In this document: piece after piece, positions 7,177 through 15,667 of the stretch
How the letters are laid out: each line of letters starts with the position of its first letter
Position numbering within the stretch: position 1 is the first letter of the stretch
Source of the DNA: a virus
DNA: 64,000 nucleotides
Virus record (IMG/VR): IMGVR_UViG_3300024264_000006
Coordinates: 64,001-128,000 of that record
Strand: one strand, 5' to 3'
Program-made: the position numbers and the translations under genes
The notes under the pieces: model-generated
The model's input: the letters and a program-made list of their open reading frames with translations, nothing else
Databases searched by the model: none
Told to the model about the DNA's origin: nothing

Positions 7177-9156
7177 TTAACCCTCGCAAGCACGGCACTC
7201 CTCTGTTTCTGATTGGATTTCTGTCTTTAACAATTCCATCAGTTCTTCGTAACCACCCACATATTCACCTTCAAGGTAAACCTGTGGGACGGTCTTAACT
7301 CTTCTACCTGTTACTTCAGCGGCAGTCTTACCTACCTCTTCCAGATCAATATAATCAAAGGGGATACCACGTAGGTTTAATTCGTCTTTAGTCATTTCAC
7401 AGAAAGGACAGTTCTTCTTACCGTACACCAAGGTACGTTTATCATCTTCAAGGGCAACTCTTTCTACCTTTTCAGACACATTCTCCGCACGAGAACTTGA
7501 TTCTGTACGTAGGTAGTAGAGTCCTTTGAGACCTGATTCCCATGCCTTCAAGTGCACCTTGTTGACATAAGACTTCTGGACACCAGATGGAAAGAAAAGA
7601 TTTACGGATTGACCTTGACAAATGTTGGGTTGTCTATCGGCCGCATGTTTGATAATCCATGTCTGATCTAATTCTTGTGCAGTCTTATATATGCTTTTCT
7701 CACCCTCAGTGAGTTCTGGTAAATGTTGTACCGAACCTTTATTGGTAATAATAGACTTCCAGATCGAATCGTTGTTTAGACCACGTGGTTCAAGTAATTG
7801 TTCTAGGTACTTGTTCTTAACTAAGAACGAACCCGCACGTGTACGATGTGTGTATGCATTTGCCTTCAACGGTTCAATAGATGGACTTGTCGATAAGATT
7901 ACGCCAGACGAGGCATTAGGAGCAATTGCAAGTAGATGGGCGTTACGTTGTCCACTTCCCACCCCATCAGGGTACTCCCCTCTCTCATCTGCCAGTAAAG
8001 CCGACTGCTTCGATGCCTGATCCTTAATTCTTTCGAACACAACCTTATTGATATCTCTAGCTCTTTCGGACTCCCAAGCAACTCCGTGTTTTTGTAACAA
8101 CGAGTGAAATCCCATCGCTCCAAGACCGATTGACCGTTCTCTTTCGGCGGAGTATTTGGCTCTTGTGATTGTGTCGGGTGCTTCGTCGATGAAGTACTGC
8201 AAGACGTTATCAAGCATAGTAATAAGATCAGCGACAATTGTAGTATCTTTCCATTCATCATAGTATTCCAAGTTCAGTGATGACAAACAACAGACGGCAG
8301 TTCTGTCTTCGTTTGTTGGTAAATGAATCTCATTACAGAGATTCGACCCATTGATTTTTAGACCCAAGTCTTTTAACGGTTGAGGTAAATCACGGTTTGC
8401 TGCATCGATAAAGTTTATGTATGGTTCACCTGTGCGAAACCGGACTTCAAGTATTCTTTCCCATAGTTTTCGTGCATTGATCATTTCCTTAACTTTATCG
8501 TCCTTGGGATCACGTAGTGCAAACTCTTTGTTGTCACGAACAGCTTCCATGAACTCATCGGTGATATTGATTGCGTTGTGTAGGTTCAATGCCTTACGTT
8601 GCACATCACCCGTAGGGATACGCATGTTCAAGAATTCAATAATGTCTGGATGACTCACGTCCATGTAGGCCGCATATGATCCTTTACGAGTCTTACCTTG
8701 ACGGTAAGCAATCATATCTGCGTCTACAGTGTGAAGGAAGGGAATTGGGCCTGGAGCAATGTCAGACACAGTTCGCACGTCTGACCAATGGCCTCCGACA
8801 CCCCCGCCGTAAACACTAAGCCAACGTAACTCAGAACTATGACTAATGAGACCGTCCAGAGTATCTGGGACATACGTAAGGAAACAGGAGATTGGCATCC
8901 CCTTTCCTTTGCCATGTCCATTCGGTGCATTAGATAGAACCGGACTTGCAAACATAAACCACTTATTACTAACATAATCATATAAACGTTCAGAGAGTCC
9001 TTCATCCATTTCTCCCTTATATGTTGACCATGCTTTGGCAGCACGTGCATACCCTTCTTGCGGCGAGTCTTCGTTGTCGTTTAGATAGAAATCCTTCAAC
9101 ATTCCCACAGCATAGTCTGCTAGTAGGTCATCCTTTTTTTTATTAATTTTGATCAT
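7177..9156 (-). CDS. nrdA: Ribonucleotide reductase class I alpha subunit with C-terminal glutaredoxin domain
   Basis: PISCF, GSNLCNEI, APNASS, GLYYLR; CPFC...TVPQV Grx domain; terminal CRAC. Start taken at MIKINK. Confidence 0.93.
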   Translation of the reverse strand: MIKINKKKDDLLADYAVGMLKDFYLNDNEDSPQEGYARAAKAWSTYKGEMDEGLSERLYDYVSNKWFMFASPVLSNAPNGHGKGKGMPISCFLTYVPDTLDGLISHSSELRWLSVYGGGVGGHWSDVRTVSDIAPGPIPFLHTVDADMIAYRQGKTRKGSYAAYMDVSHPDIIEFLNMRIPTGDVQRKALNLHNAINITDEFMEAVRDNKEFALRDPKDDKVKEMINARKLWERILEVRFRTGEPYINFIDAANRDLPQPLKDLGLKINGSNLCNEIHLPTNEDRTAVCCLSSLNLEYYDEWKDTTIVADLITMLDNVLQYFIDEAPDTITRAKYSAERERSIGLGAMGFHSLLQKHGVAWESERARDINKVVFERIKDQASKQSALLADERGEYPDGVGSGQRNAHLLAIAPNASSGVILSTSPSIEPLKANAYTHRTRAGSFLVKNKYLEQLLEPRGLNNDSIWKSIITNKGSVQHLPELTEGEKSIYKTAQELDQTWIIKHAADRQPNICQGQSVNLFFPSGVQKSYVNKVHLKAWESGLKGLYYLRTESSSRAENVSEKVERVALEDDKRTLVYGKKNCPFCEMTKDELNLRGIPFDYIDLEEVGKTAAEVTGRRVKTVPQVYLEGEYVGGYEELMELLKTEIQSETEECRACEG

Positions 9157-9166
9157 TCTTTTCCCA

Positions 9167-9517
9167 TTATAATTTACTGTAATCGTAGAAGGGGTCTGCT
9201 TCTGAAAACTCATATTCTTCTATAAAGACTTGTTTACCTGTCTCTATAAAAGTTTTAGCCATCTTCAACATGTACTCTTCCTGTTGATCCTCAAATATTT
9301 TGTCCTCATATAGTAGATGAGATAACATCGAGGTGTGGTAATTCTCCACGACAAATCTGTCGGGGTAGAGGTATTTATTACTGGTGCCATCTCTACAGAT
9401 GTATACTAGACTATCTTTTTCGTTTTCTTCTTGGAAAACTAAGACTTGATCGGACTCCTCGTTATCGAAGATTACGACATAGTGTCCGGAAGGTAAAGGT
9501 GTAATGTTCATACTCAC
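9167..9517 (-). CDS. Hypothetical protein heading the nrd operon
   Basis: ORF behind a sigma70 promoter; GGAG SD. Confidence 0.65.
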   Translation of the reverse strand: MSMNITPLPSGHYVVIFDNEESDQVLVFQEENEKDSLVYICRDGTSNKYLYPDRFVVENYHTSMLSHLLYEDKIFEDQQEEYMLKMAKTFIETGKQVFIEEYEFSEADPFYDYSKL

Positions 9518-9534
9518 TCCAATTTGAATGAGTA

Positions 9535-9564
9535 ATTATATCAGTGGTTGGGGTACTTTGTCAA
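9535..9564 (-). promoter_or_regulatory. Sigma70-type promoter of the nrd operon
   Basis: TTGACA-N18-TATAAT. Confidence 0.75.
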
Positions 9565-9570
9565 GGGGTT

Positions 9571-9759
9571 TCATTTACTTTGTTGCTTAGATTTCTCTGA
9601 CCACTTCTCCATAAATCTGGACAAAACCTTAGCCATATCTTTGCGTTTCTTTTTGCGGTCAAACTTCTTACGGACAACAACGGTAGAAGAATCATCACCA
9701 GTTCCGACTACAGAACTAGTTCCAGTCATCTCTTCATAGAACTTATCGAATGATTTCAT
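9571..9759 (-). CDS. Small protein with capsid-targeting-like N-terminus
   Basis: MKSFDKFYEE resembles T4 CTS MKTYQEFIAE. Confidence 0.65.
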   Translation of the reverse strand: MKSFDKFYEEMTGTSSVVGTGDDSSTVVVRKKFDRKKKRKDMAKVLSRFMEKWSEKSKQQSK

Positions 9760-10352
9760 TTTGTTATCTCTCCGGTTGTGAAATATATGCGTTGTCTTGT
9801 TTTTAAATGTGTTCCTTCGTATATACTCAATCCCAACATCTCTTCAACCGGATTACCGTCTACGATTCTAATTTGATCGTCTTTACTGACAGCCTCAACA
9901 AAAGATGTTGCTGTCATGGAATCGTTCTTCATACGATATACGCCAGGCGATAACTCATTACCCTGTAACATAAACCACTGAGAATCTTCAGCGAGTACGT
10001 CAAGGATATCGATACCAGTCTTTGCGTGGATTTTTTCTATGTCGGTGTCAGATAGTTCACCGTGTTCTTTGATGAGAGCGAGAGCAGCACCATAACGTGC
10101 AACGACTGACTTACCGCCAGGCGCTTTCGCCATGATCTTCTTTAGGTTATATACGAGACGATGAAATGCGGTATAGTGATCTCTAAGGGCTTCACGATTC
10201 TCCATTGTATTATCGTCGAAGTCCTTACGTCTTTTTCCGTTCTCATCTACGATGCCTAGTTTGAATGCTTCAGTGTTTTCGATAGGAGTTACTAGCAACT
10301 TCAGAAATCGAATAGTGTATACTAGGTCTGCTGCAGATTTTAAGATTCCCAT
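9756..10352 (-). CDS. Conserved marine T4-like phage protein
   Basis: AADLVYTIRFLKLL...YTAFHRLVYNLK pattern. Confidence 0.7.
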   Translation of the reverse strand: MGILKSAADLVYTIRFLKLLVTPIENTEAFKLGIVDENGKRRKDFDDNTMENREALRDHYTAFHRLVYNLKKIMAKAPGGKSVVARYGAALALIKEHGELSDTDIEKIHAKTGIDILDVLAEDSQWFMLQGNELSPGVYRMKNDSMTATSFVEAVSKDDQIRIVDGNPVEEMLGLSIYEGTHLKTRQRIYFTTGEITK

Positions 10353-10718
10353 CTATATTCTCCTAATCTCTCTTAATCGCTCTACTGCGAGTTGATCCAT
10401 ATTTACTTCAGGATATCCATGTTCGTCAATGGCTCTTAGAAAAATTAGAAATGGTTTTAATACTGACCAGTGTTCCTTTTCTATTTTAAACTCTAGGATG
10501 TGTAATCCCGCCTCATAACCAAACACATTAAATACAACTATGAGGTGATTCAGAACCAATCTTTCACTCAGATCACCTTGGTCTTTATATCGGTTCAACA
10601 ATCTCTTTATGTACTTGAACCGTTTTAAGTCTTCAAAAAACTGATCACCATCAATCGCCATTGGTGTGTGATAATGCTTTGCTGCATATATCATCAGGTT
10701 CTTACTATTCAAATTCAT
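10353..10718 (-). CDS. Conserved marine T4-like phage protein
   Basis: YAAKHY...EDLKRFKYIKRLL...ERLVLNH pattern. Confidence 0.75.
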   Translation of the reverse strand: MNLNSKNLMIYAAKHYHTPMAIDGDQFFEDLKRFKYIKRLLNRYKDQGDLSERLVLNHLIVVFNVFGYEAGLHILEFKIEKEHWSVLKPFLIFLRAIDEHGYPEVNMDQLAVERLREIRRI

Positions 10719-10765
10719 TATATACCTTTCAGGATAAAATTAAGTCTATCCTTTATATAGGGGTG

Positions 10766-11074
10766 TCAAGATAGTTTTTCTATAAGACTCTTTTTACTAT
10801 CCCAAGTACGTACTTCAACACCACTTTGCTCTGCAAGAGCAACCAATTGAGGTTTAGTCATTGATGACAAACCCACGTTTCCGACAGGAGCTTCATGTAA
10901 CATCTGTGGTGCTTGATGAACTACCTGTTCCGTGACTTGACTAACACCAAGATAATCTTCGATCTCACCAGAAGTAATTCTTTGTGATTTCAAAAGTTCT
11001 CCCGTGACCGGATCAATCCAGCCACGAGTAGTAGGTGTAGAACTTGAAGCCCATGAGGGTGGTTTAATTGCCAT
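10766..11074 (-). CDS. Hypothetical protein with C-terminal Rho-N/HeH-like helix pair
   Basis: LSSMTKPQLVALAE...KKSLIEKL. Confidence 0.6.
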   Translation of the reverse strand: MAIKPPSWASSSTPTTRGWIDPVTGELLKSQRITSGEIEDYLGVSQVTEQVVHQAPQMLHEAPVGNVGLSSMTKPQLVALAEQSGVEVRTWDSKKSLIEKLS

Positions 11075-11076
11075 AA

Positions 11077-11781
11077 TTAGTCCTCTACTTTCTGATCTGC
11101 AACTTCTTGTGCGATTTCACCCCAAGTCTTACCAGACAATACATCCATGATCTTCTCACGTGATGTACGAGTGTCTTCCTTTACGGGGTTAACAACATTC
11201 TTGTCACCAGACTTATTATCGCCGGGTCTCTTAGGTGCTTCTTTACCAGAGTTACCTGCTTTAGTTGTTGCGTCAACTGCCTTTTCTTGATGTTTCTCAT
11301 GTTCAGGATCAGACTTCTTGTGTTTCGCAATAAATTCTTTTGACTTAGGAGATTCCTTGTCATCGATTTTTTCACCTTCTTCAGGTTTTGCCTTGGCTGC
11401 TTCACCAAGTGCATCGACCAATTGATCCAAATCTTCTTTAGTAGTCACCTTCTCACCGATCTTAGAAATCTCAGCGGTTTTACCGTCTGTGTTACCGGCT
11501 ACAGGCTTCTTTTTCTTCTTATCTTTTGAAAGATCAGTCTCTCCACCTTCTTGATCCTTATCGTCACTCTTCTTAGCGTCGATAGCATCGTCGGTAGCAG
11601 CACGCTTCTTGTGCAGATACTCATCTGAAGAATCTACGTCTCCATCATTGTCGATGTCCTTGTCCTTACGATCTTTGAACTTCTTATCGTTCTCTTTATC
11701 GTCTACAGGATCAAGTTTCTTTTTCTCAGAGACAACCTCAAGATACGCCTCCGCCATTTTTTTGATATCTTCCGTTCTCAT
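11077..11781 (-). CDS. Highly charged putative internal head protein with EF-hand-like loop
   Basis: D/E/K rich; DIDNDGDVDSSDEYL; VSE, LGE and VKE potential gp21-type sites. Confidence 0.6.
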   Translation of the reverse strand: MRTEDIKKMAEAYLEVVSEKKKLDPVDDKENDKKFKDRKDKDIDNDGDVDSSDEYLHKKRAATDDAIDAKKSDDKDQEGGETDLSKDKKKKKPVAGNTDGKTAEISKIGEKVTTKEDLDQLVDALGEAAKAKPEEGEKIDDKESPKSKEFIAKHKKSDPEHEKHQEKAVDATTKAGNSGKEAPKRPGDNKSGDKNVVNPVKEDTRTSREKIMDVLSGKTWGEIAQEVADQKVED

Positions 11782-11792
11782 TATTGTCTCCG

Positions 11793-12086
11793 TTACATGA
11801 ACCAGAATAGTTTGATTATACCGCCGATCACACCAGTGCCGACGATCAGGGCGATTCTATTAATAATATGTACAGTCCTAGCATTATCATCCACTTTCTT
11901 TTCGATGTCATCGAGCTTCTGGGAGAATCTATTCATTCTCTCAAAATTAGAGTGGTTGTTCTTCTCAATAGCTATAAGCTTCTCCTCCGCCCGAGCGAGA
12001 GCAATCATCGCATCTGCGAGTTTATCAATCTTTTCCTCAATTCTGTCAAGTCGTTTTGCTTGAGTTTGATGAGTTTCTACTGCCAT
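11793..12086 (-). CDS. Coiled-coil protein with C-terminal transmembrane helix (late)
   Basis: RLDRIEEKIDKL coiled coil, hydrophobic C-terminus; late promoter upstream. Confidence 0.7.
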   Translation of the reverse strand: MAVETHQTQAKRLDRIEEKIDKLADAMIALARAEEKLIAIEKNNHSNFERMNRFSQKLDDIEKKVDDNARTVHIINRIALIVGTGVIGGIIKLFWFM

Positions 12087-12126
12087 TTGTGTACCTATCC
12101 CATAGAAATATAGTAATAACTTATTC

Positions 12127-12134
12127 TATTTATA
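12127..12134 (-). promoter_or_regulatory. T4-type late promoter
   Basis: TATAAATA on minus strand in an intergenic gap. Confidence 0.75.
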
Positions 12135-12139
12135 TTATT

Positions 12140-12490
12140 TTAATTATCAACCTTAGCGCTTCCACGCCATTGATAACAACTCCAATACCTCGCTTTCCAC
12201 TTAGGGCCAGGATTTGCACAATTGTGCCTTGCTCTAAATGACGCTCTCTTCTTAGGGTTGTCTCTATTGATTCCCATATTGGGATCACCAAATCGAACAA
12301 CCACAACCTTACCACTTTCATTCTTTACATACACCTTGAACTTCTTATTAGGGTTCTCAGATGTACGAATAGGGTCATTTAGTTTGACCTTCTTGCCTTG
12401 GTATTCTGACTCAGTTATTTCCAAGTCTTCGAAAAGATCATTGCATTCGCAATGTTCATCTATGCTTAAGTACTCTGTAAATTTTTTCAT
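12140..12490 (-). CDS. DUF6321-like basic protein with CTS-like N-terminus
   Basis: MKKFTEYL..; VRFGDPNM...RASFRARHNC...ARYWSC. Confidence 0.75.
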   Translation of the reverse strand: MKKFTEYLSIDEHCECNDLFEDLEITESEYQGKKVKLNDPIRTSENPNKKFKVYVKNESGKVVVVRFGDPNMGINRDNPKKRASFRARHNCANPGPKWKARYWSCYQWRGSAKVDN

Positions 12491-12771
12491 GTGATGTATG
12501 TATTGAGTTCGTAACGTTTGTTGTCCAAATTAGTTACCTGTACTGCAAGCATCTTACGCTTCTCATCCTTTAATTTGAGAGTGAAACTGTTGGTCTTACC
12601 ATTGGAAGGTTTCCTAGGCCCCATTGCCACCTTTCTATCAATGTCATCGGTATCCACTTCAAAACCCCTTTTCTTCGCAAATGCGTATGCAGCTGCCATC
12701 GCAGCAGAATAGGTTTTGTGGTAGATTGGATAAGAATCCTTCTTTTCTCTTAATTGGTCAAATGTAATCAT
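12487..12771 (-). CDS. Putative internal protein
   Basis: MITFDQLRE N-terminus; YELNTY C-terminus. Confidence 0.65.
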   Translation of the reverse strand: MITFDQLREKKDSYPIYHKTYSAAMAAAYAFAKKRGFEVDTDDIDRKVAMGPRKPSNGKTNSFTLKLKDEKRKMLAVQVTNLDNKRYELNTYIT

Positions 12772-12773
12772 GG

Positions 12774-13505
12774 TTACCTCTTCTTCATCATTTTGTAGGC
12801 GATAGAGGCAAGAGCGGGGACAGTCATTCCGTCCATTCGCTTCTTGTTCTGATCATTGACTTTATCGTAGATTTGAGTAATTGCGGATGCTGTAAACATA
12901 TCTACCATAACACCATTGACCTTCTTGGCCTGTTGATTCTTTACTATATCACGTAGTTGATCCATATGTCCAGCCTTTTTTTCAGTAATTCCATCACAGT
13001 TCTCTGCTTGTTCTTCAATTTCAGTAGATTCAAACATTTTAGCAAGTTGCTTCGCATTAACTGTTTTGAATGAACCGAACTCATCAGTAACCCTAAATGA
13101 TAACTTACTACCATCAACTTTCATATCGACGGTGTGTACTTTACCCTTCTTATCTCTAAGACCTTTTTTAATCTTAGGGGGTCTTGCAGCCTCACTGACT
13201 TCTGCTTGTTCTTGCATCAAGCGTCCATTCTTGAACATTCCATGTTTCTTAAGAATTGTCAAAACACCATCACGGGGATCGGTGTCCATATTAGAAACAT
13301 GTTTCTTCAATCCCATGAATGCCTTGTTCTGAACCATAGTAGATGAGTTTTTACCAATCTCTCTTACGTATGCGGCCGCCTTTTCGAAATCTCTCTTGTC
13401 GATACCACCAGACTTCTTTGCGTAGTCAGATAGTGCCTTGGATGTCTTGAAGAAATCAATTGATTCATTGACTTTTATTTTTTTACGCAGTTCTTTTAAA
13501 TACAT
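12774..13505 (-). CDS. Putative multi-module internal protein
   Basis: MYLKELR; modules separated by VNE/VSE/MFE/ITE; VDMFTASAI module. Confidence 0.65.
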   Translation of the reverse strand: MYLKELRKKIKVNESIDFFKTSKALSDYAKKSGGIDKRDFEKAAAYVREIGKNSSTMVQNKAFMGLKKHVSNMDTDPRDGVLTILKKHGMFKNGRLMQEQAEVSEAARPPKIKKGLRDKKGKVHTVDMKVDGSKLSFRVTDEFGSFKTVNAKQLAKMFESTEIEEQAENCDGITEKKAGHMDQLRDIVKNQQAKKVNGVMVDMFTASAITQIYDKVNDQNKKRMDGMTVPALASIAYKMMKKR

Positions 13506-13753
13506 TATGCTAAATCCTTATCGTGGTTGAGACCACCTTTTTTCTTTTTTACTATGAAGGCGTTGACACGTGCATATCCCCATTGTTGAGGGGTAGTGCC
13601 TGGCCTATGACCAGTCTTCCAAGCTGCAACACCACGATTATAAACCTTTCTTAAAGTAGCTACGGAGATACCAGATTTCTTTGCTTTCGCAGCAAGTCCG
13701 TCTGGGCCTTCTCCCAAGTCACCTAAACTGTCCCAAAGAGAGTATCGTTTCAT
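13505..13753 (-). CDS. DUF5824-like small basic protein
   Basis: KAKKSGIS..LRKVYNRGVAAWKTGHRPG..QQWGYARVNAF. Confidence 0.75.
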   Translation of the reverse strand: MKRYSLWDSLGDLGEGPDGLAAKAKKSGISVATLRKVYNRGVAAWKTGHRPGTTPQQWGYARVNAFIVKKKKGGLNHDKDLA

Positions 13754-15261
13754 TCCGTCTCCCGATTTTTAACTTTAGCACGAGCGAGTCTTGCTCGATC
13801 TAGAACTCTATCGTGTCTTTTTTTGTCTTGTTCTTTTTCTCTGTTGATATCATTACGAGCGGATTTTACTGGATCGGTCTCTTCATATGCCTCACCACGT
13901 ACCGCACCACCCAATGCTTTGATATCCAACTTCAAACCGTGTTTACGGATAAGTTGTTGTGCGTAGTACTCAGGGCCATGTCTACCCTTGTCCGCTTTCA
14001 TTTGTTTGCGGATATGTTTCGCAACTTGTTGGTACTGTTTTTTCTTAACTGTTTTTGATGCCCAACGGGATATCATCTGAGGTGTGGTCTCTGCCTTGAG
14101 ACACATCTCAAAAGTAATTTCAAGTTCTTCAGGTACGCAATCAGGAACCATCTTGTTCCCTTTCTTCTTCATACCGACTTCTTTGTACCCATCCCAACAG
14201 TCTTCGTCATACATATCTTTGAATGCTTTGGTGTACTTGGACGGTTTGGTCTTTGCGGTCTTGTCGCCAGGCGCAGGCTTATATGCAGATGCGTCATCAT
14301 CATCCTTCTTGCCATGCTTCTTAAAATGTGCGTCTCGTTTTGACTTGGTAGACTTCTTTAGTCCGGCGTGATATTTTGCGGGTTGTGTACCTTCTCTATC
14401 TTTGATATCGGGGTCTTGTCGTTCAATGAGTTCGACTGACTCCAACCATTTGCGTAGTCGAGTGCCGTTCTTGCGTTCAACGATAACGTAATTTGATCCG
14501 AGTACACTGACCGTAGCCACTTCTTCGCTTTCTTTAATAACAACAGAATCTCCAATTTCATAGAGTTTACCCTGTACATATTTTTCTCTTGTTTCTGAAA
14601 CAGGCGTTAGTTCAATATGATTCTTGAATGAGTGCTCTTCCTTGAGCCCCATCCCTTTACGGACATCATTGAACAACTTCCTTGCATCTCTGTCCGACAT
14701 AGACTTAGGCACACCCTGTGCAAAAGTCACGAAGTCATTGTTCTGTGCGTTTGCACGTTGCTTAGATGCGGACATACCTTCCACACCTTCAGCATCCGGA
14801 TCACGTTTACCAGCGGATACTACACGAATAGTTTCGAAGTTATAAAACCCGTGACGAGCTTTCTTACCATTGTACTTAGACAACAGGACATCAAACTCAC
14901 GTACACGGTCATCCCCGACAACCATTGTTACTTTTTTATACCCTTGGTCATACAACCGTGAGGCGACATCAAATACATTCTTGACGTTCTTGTCGATCAT
15001 CACACTACGTGCATGTTTTGGAAACATCTTACGCACATGTTTAACCTTGTCTGAATATGACAAAGGGTCTTTCTTGGGGTTTGATACTTGGGACAAATAG
15101 ACTTTGTAGTCTGCGCCACCAGATTTGGAGGCAAGTGTGTCCATTACTTTACCGTGGCCGATAGTAGGTGGGTTCATTCTACCAAAGGTAAAATAAACTT
15201 CCCTTTCTTCTTCGACTAGGTACTGTGAAAAATTCTTAATCATCTTTGTTCTGTCCGCCAC
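13750..15261 (-). CDS. HIGH-motif cytidyltransferase/NMNAT-like nucleotidyltransferase, multi-domain
   Basis: FTFGRMNPPTIGH, VVGDDR, SAGKRDPD..GMSAS; then KOW-like, QPAKY...KPSKYT and CWDGY..VPDCVP modules; likely start MIKNFSQYLVEE. Confidence 0.8.
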   Translation of the reverse strand: MADRTKMIKNFSQYLVEEEREVYFTFGRMNPPTIGHGKVMDTLASKSGGADYKVYLSQVSNPKKDPLSYSDKVKHVRKMFPKHARSVMIDKNVKNVFDVASRLYDQGYKKVTMVVGDDRVREFDVLLSKYNGKKARHGFYNFETIRVVSAGKRDPDAEGVEGMSASKQRANAQNNDFVTFAQGVPKSMSDRDARKLFNDVRKGMGLKEEHSFKNHIELTPVSETREKYVQGKLYEIGDSVVIKESEEVATVSVLGSNYVIVERKNGTRLRKWLESVELIERQDPDIKDREGTQPAKYHAGLKKSTKSKRDAHFKKHGKKDDDDASAYKPAPGDKTAKTKPSKYTKAFKDMYDEDCWDGYKEVGMKKKGNKMVPDCVPEELEITFEMCLKAETTPQMISRWASKTVKKKQYQQVAKHIRKQMKADKGRHGPEYYAQQLIRKHGLKLDIKALGGAVRGEAYEETDPVKSARNDINREKEQDKKRHDRVLDRARLARAKVKNRETE

Positions 15262-15664
15262 GCTTTCGGTCTTTTTCCATTTTGCGTACTTTAGGTAACA
15301 GTTTACGAGCTACCTTATCAATTTTAGGACGCATCTTATCTAGGCGTTTCTCTATCTCTTGTCTACGAGCAAATGAGAGTTTACCTTTATCCGCACCCTT
15401 AGTCAACTTTTTGAAGAACATAGTACGTGCTTGTTTCTGTGCACGTTTCTTAAGTTTGTCCATATCGGCAAATTTACGTGCAGCTCTTTTACGCCCCATG
15501 GCGATCTTAGCTTTATTCTTCTTGAGTGATCGTGCGAGTTTTCGACGGGCAGCAAAATCTAATGCTTCTTCGGCGTTTTTCTTTGATTTGTATGCAACCT
15601 GATCGTCACCCGATTGAGTGCGATCTGTGGTTGTGAAGTCTTTAAATCCTAATGGCTTTGCCAT
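15236..15664 (-). CDS. Very basic conserved phage protein
   Basis: K/R-rich helix after EEAL; LGFKDF N-terminus. Confidence 0.7.
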   Translation of the reverse strand: MAKPLGFKDFTTTDRTQSGDDQVAYKSKKNAEEALDFAARRKLARSLKKNKAKIAMGRKRAARKFADMDKLKKRAQKQARTMFFKKLTKGADKGKLSFARRQEIEKRLDKMRPKIDKVARKLLPKVRKMEKDRKRGGQNKDD

Positions 15665-15667
15665 TTC

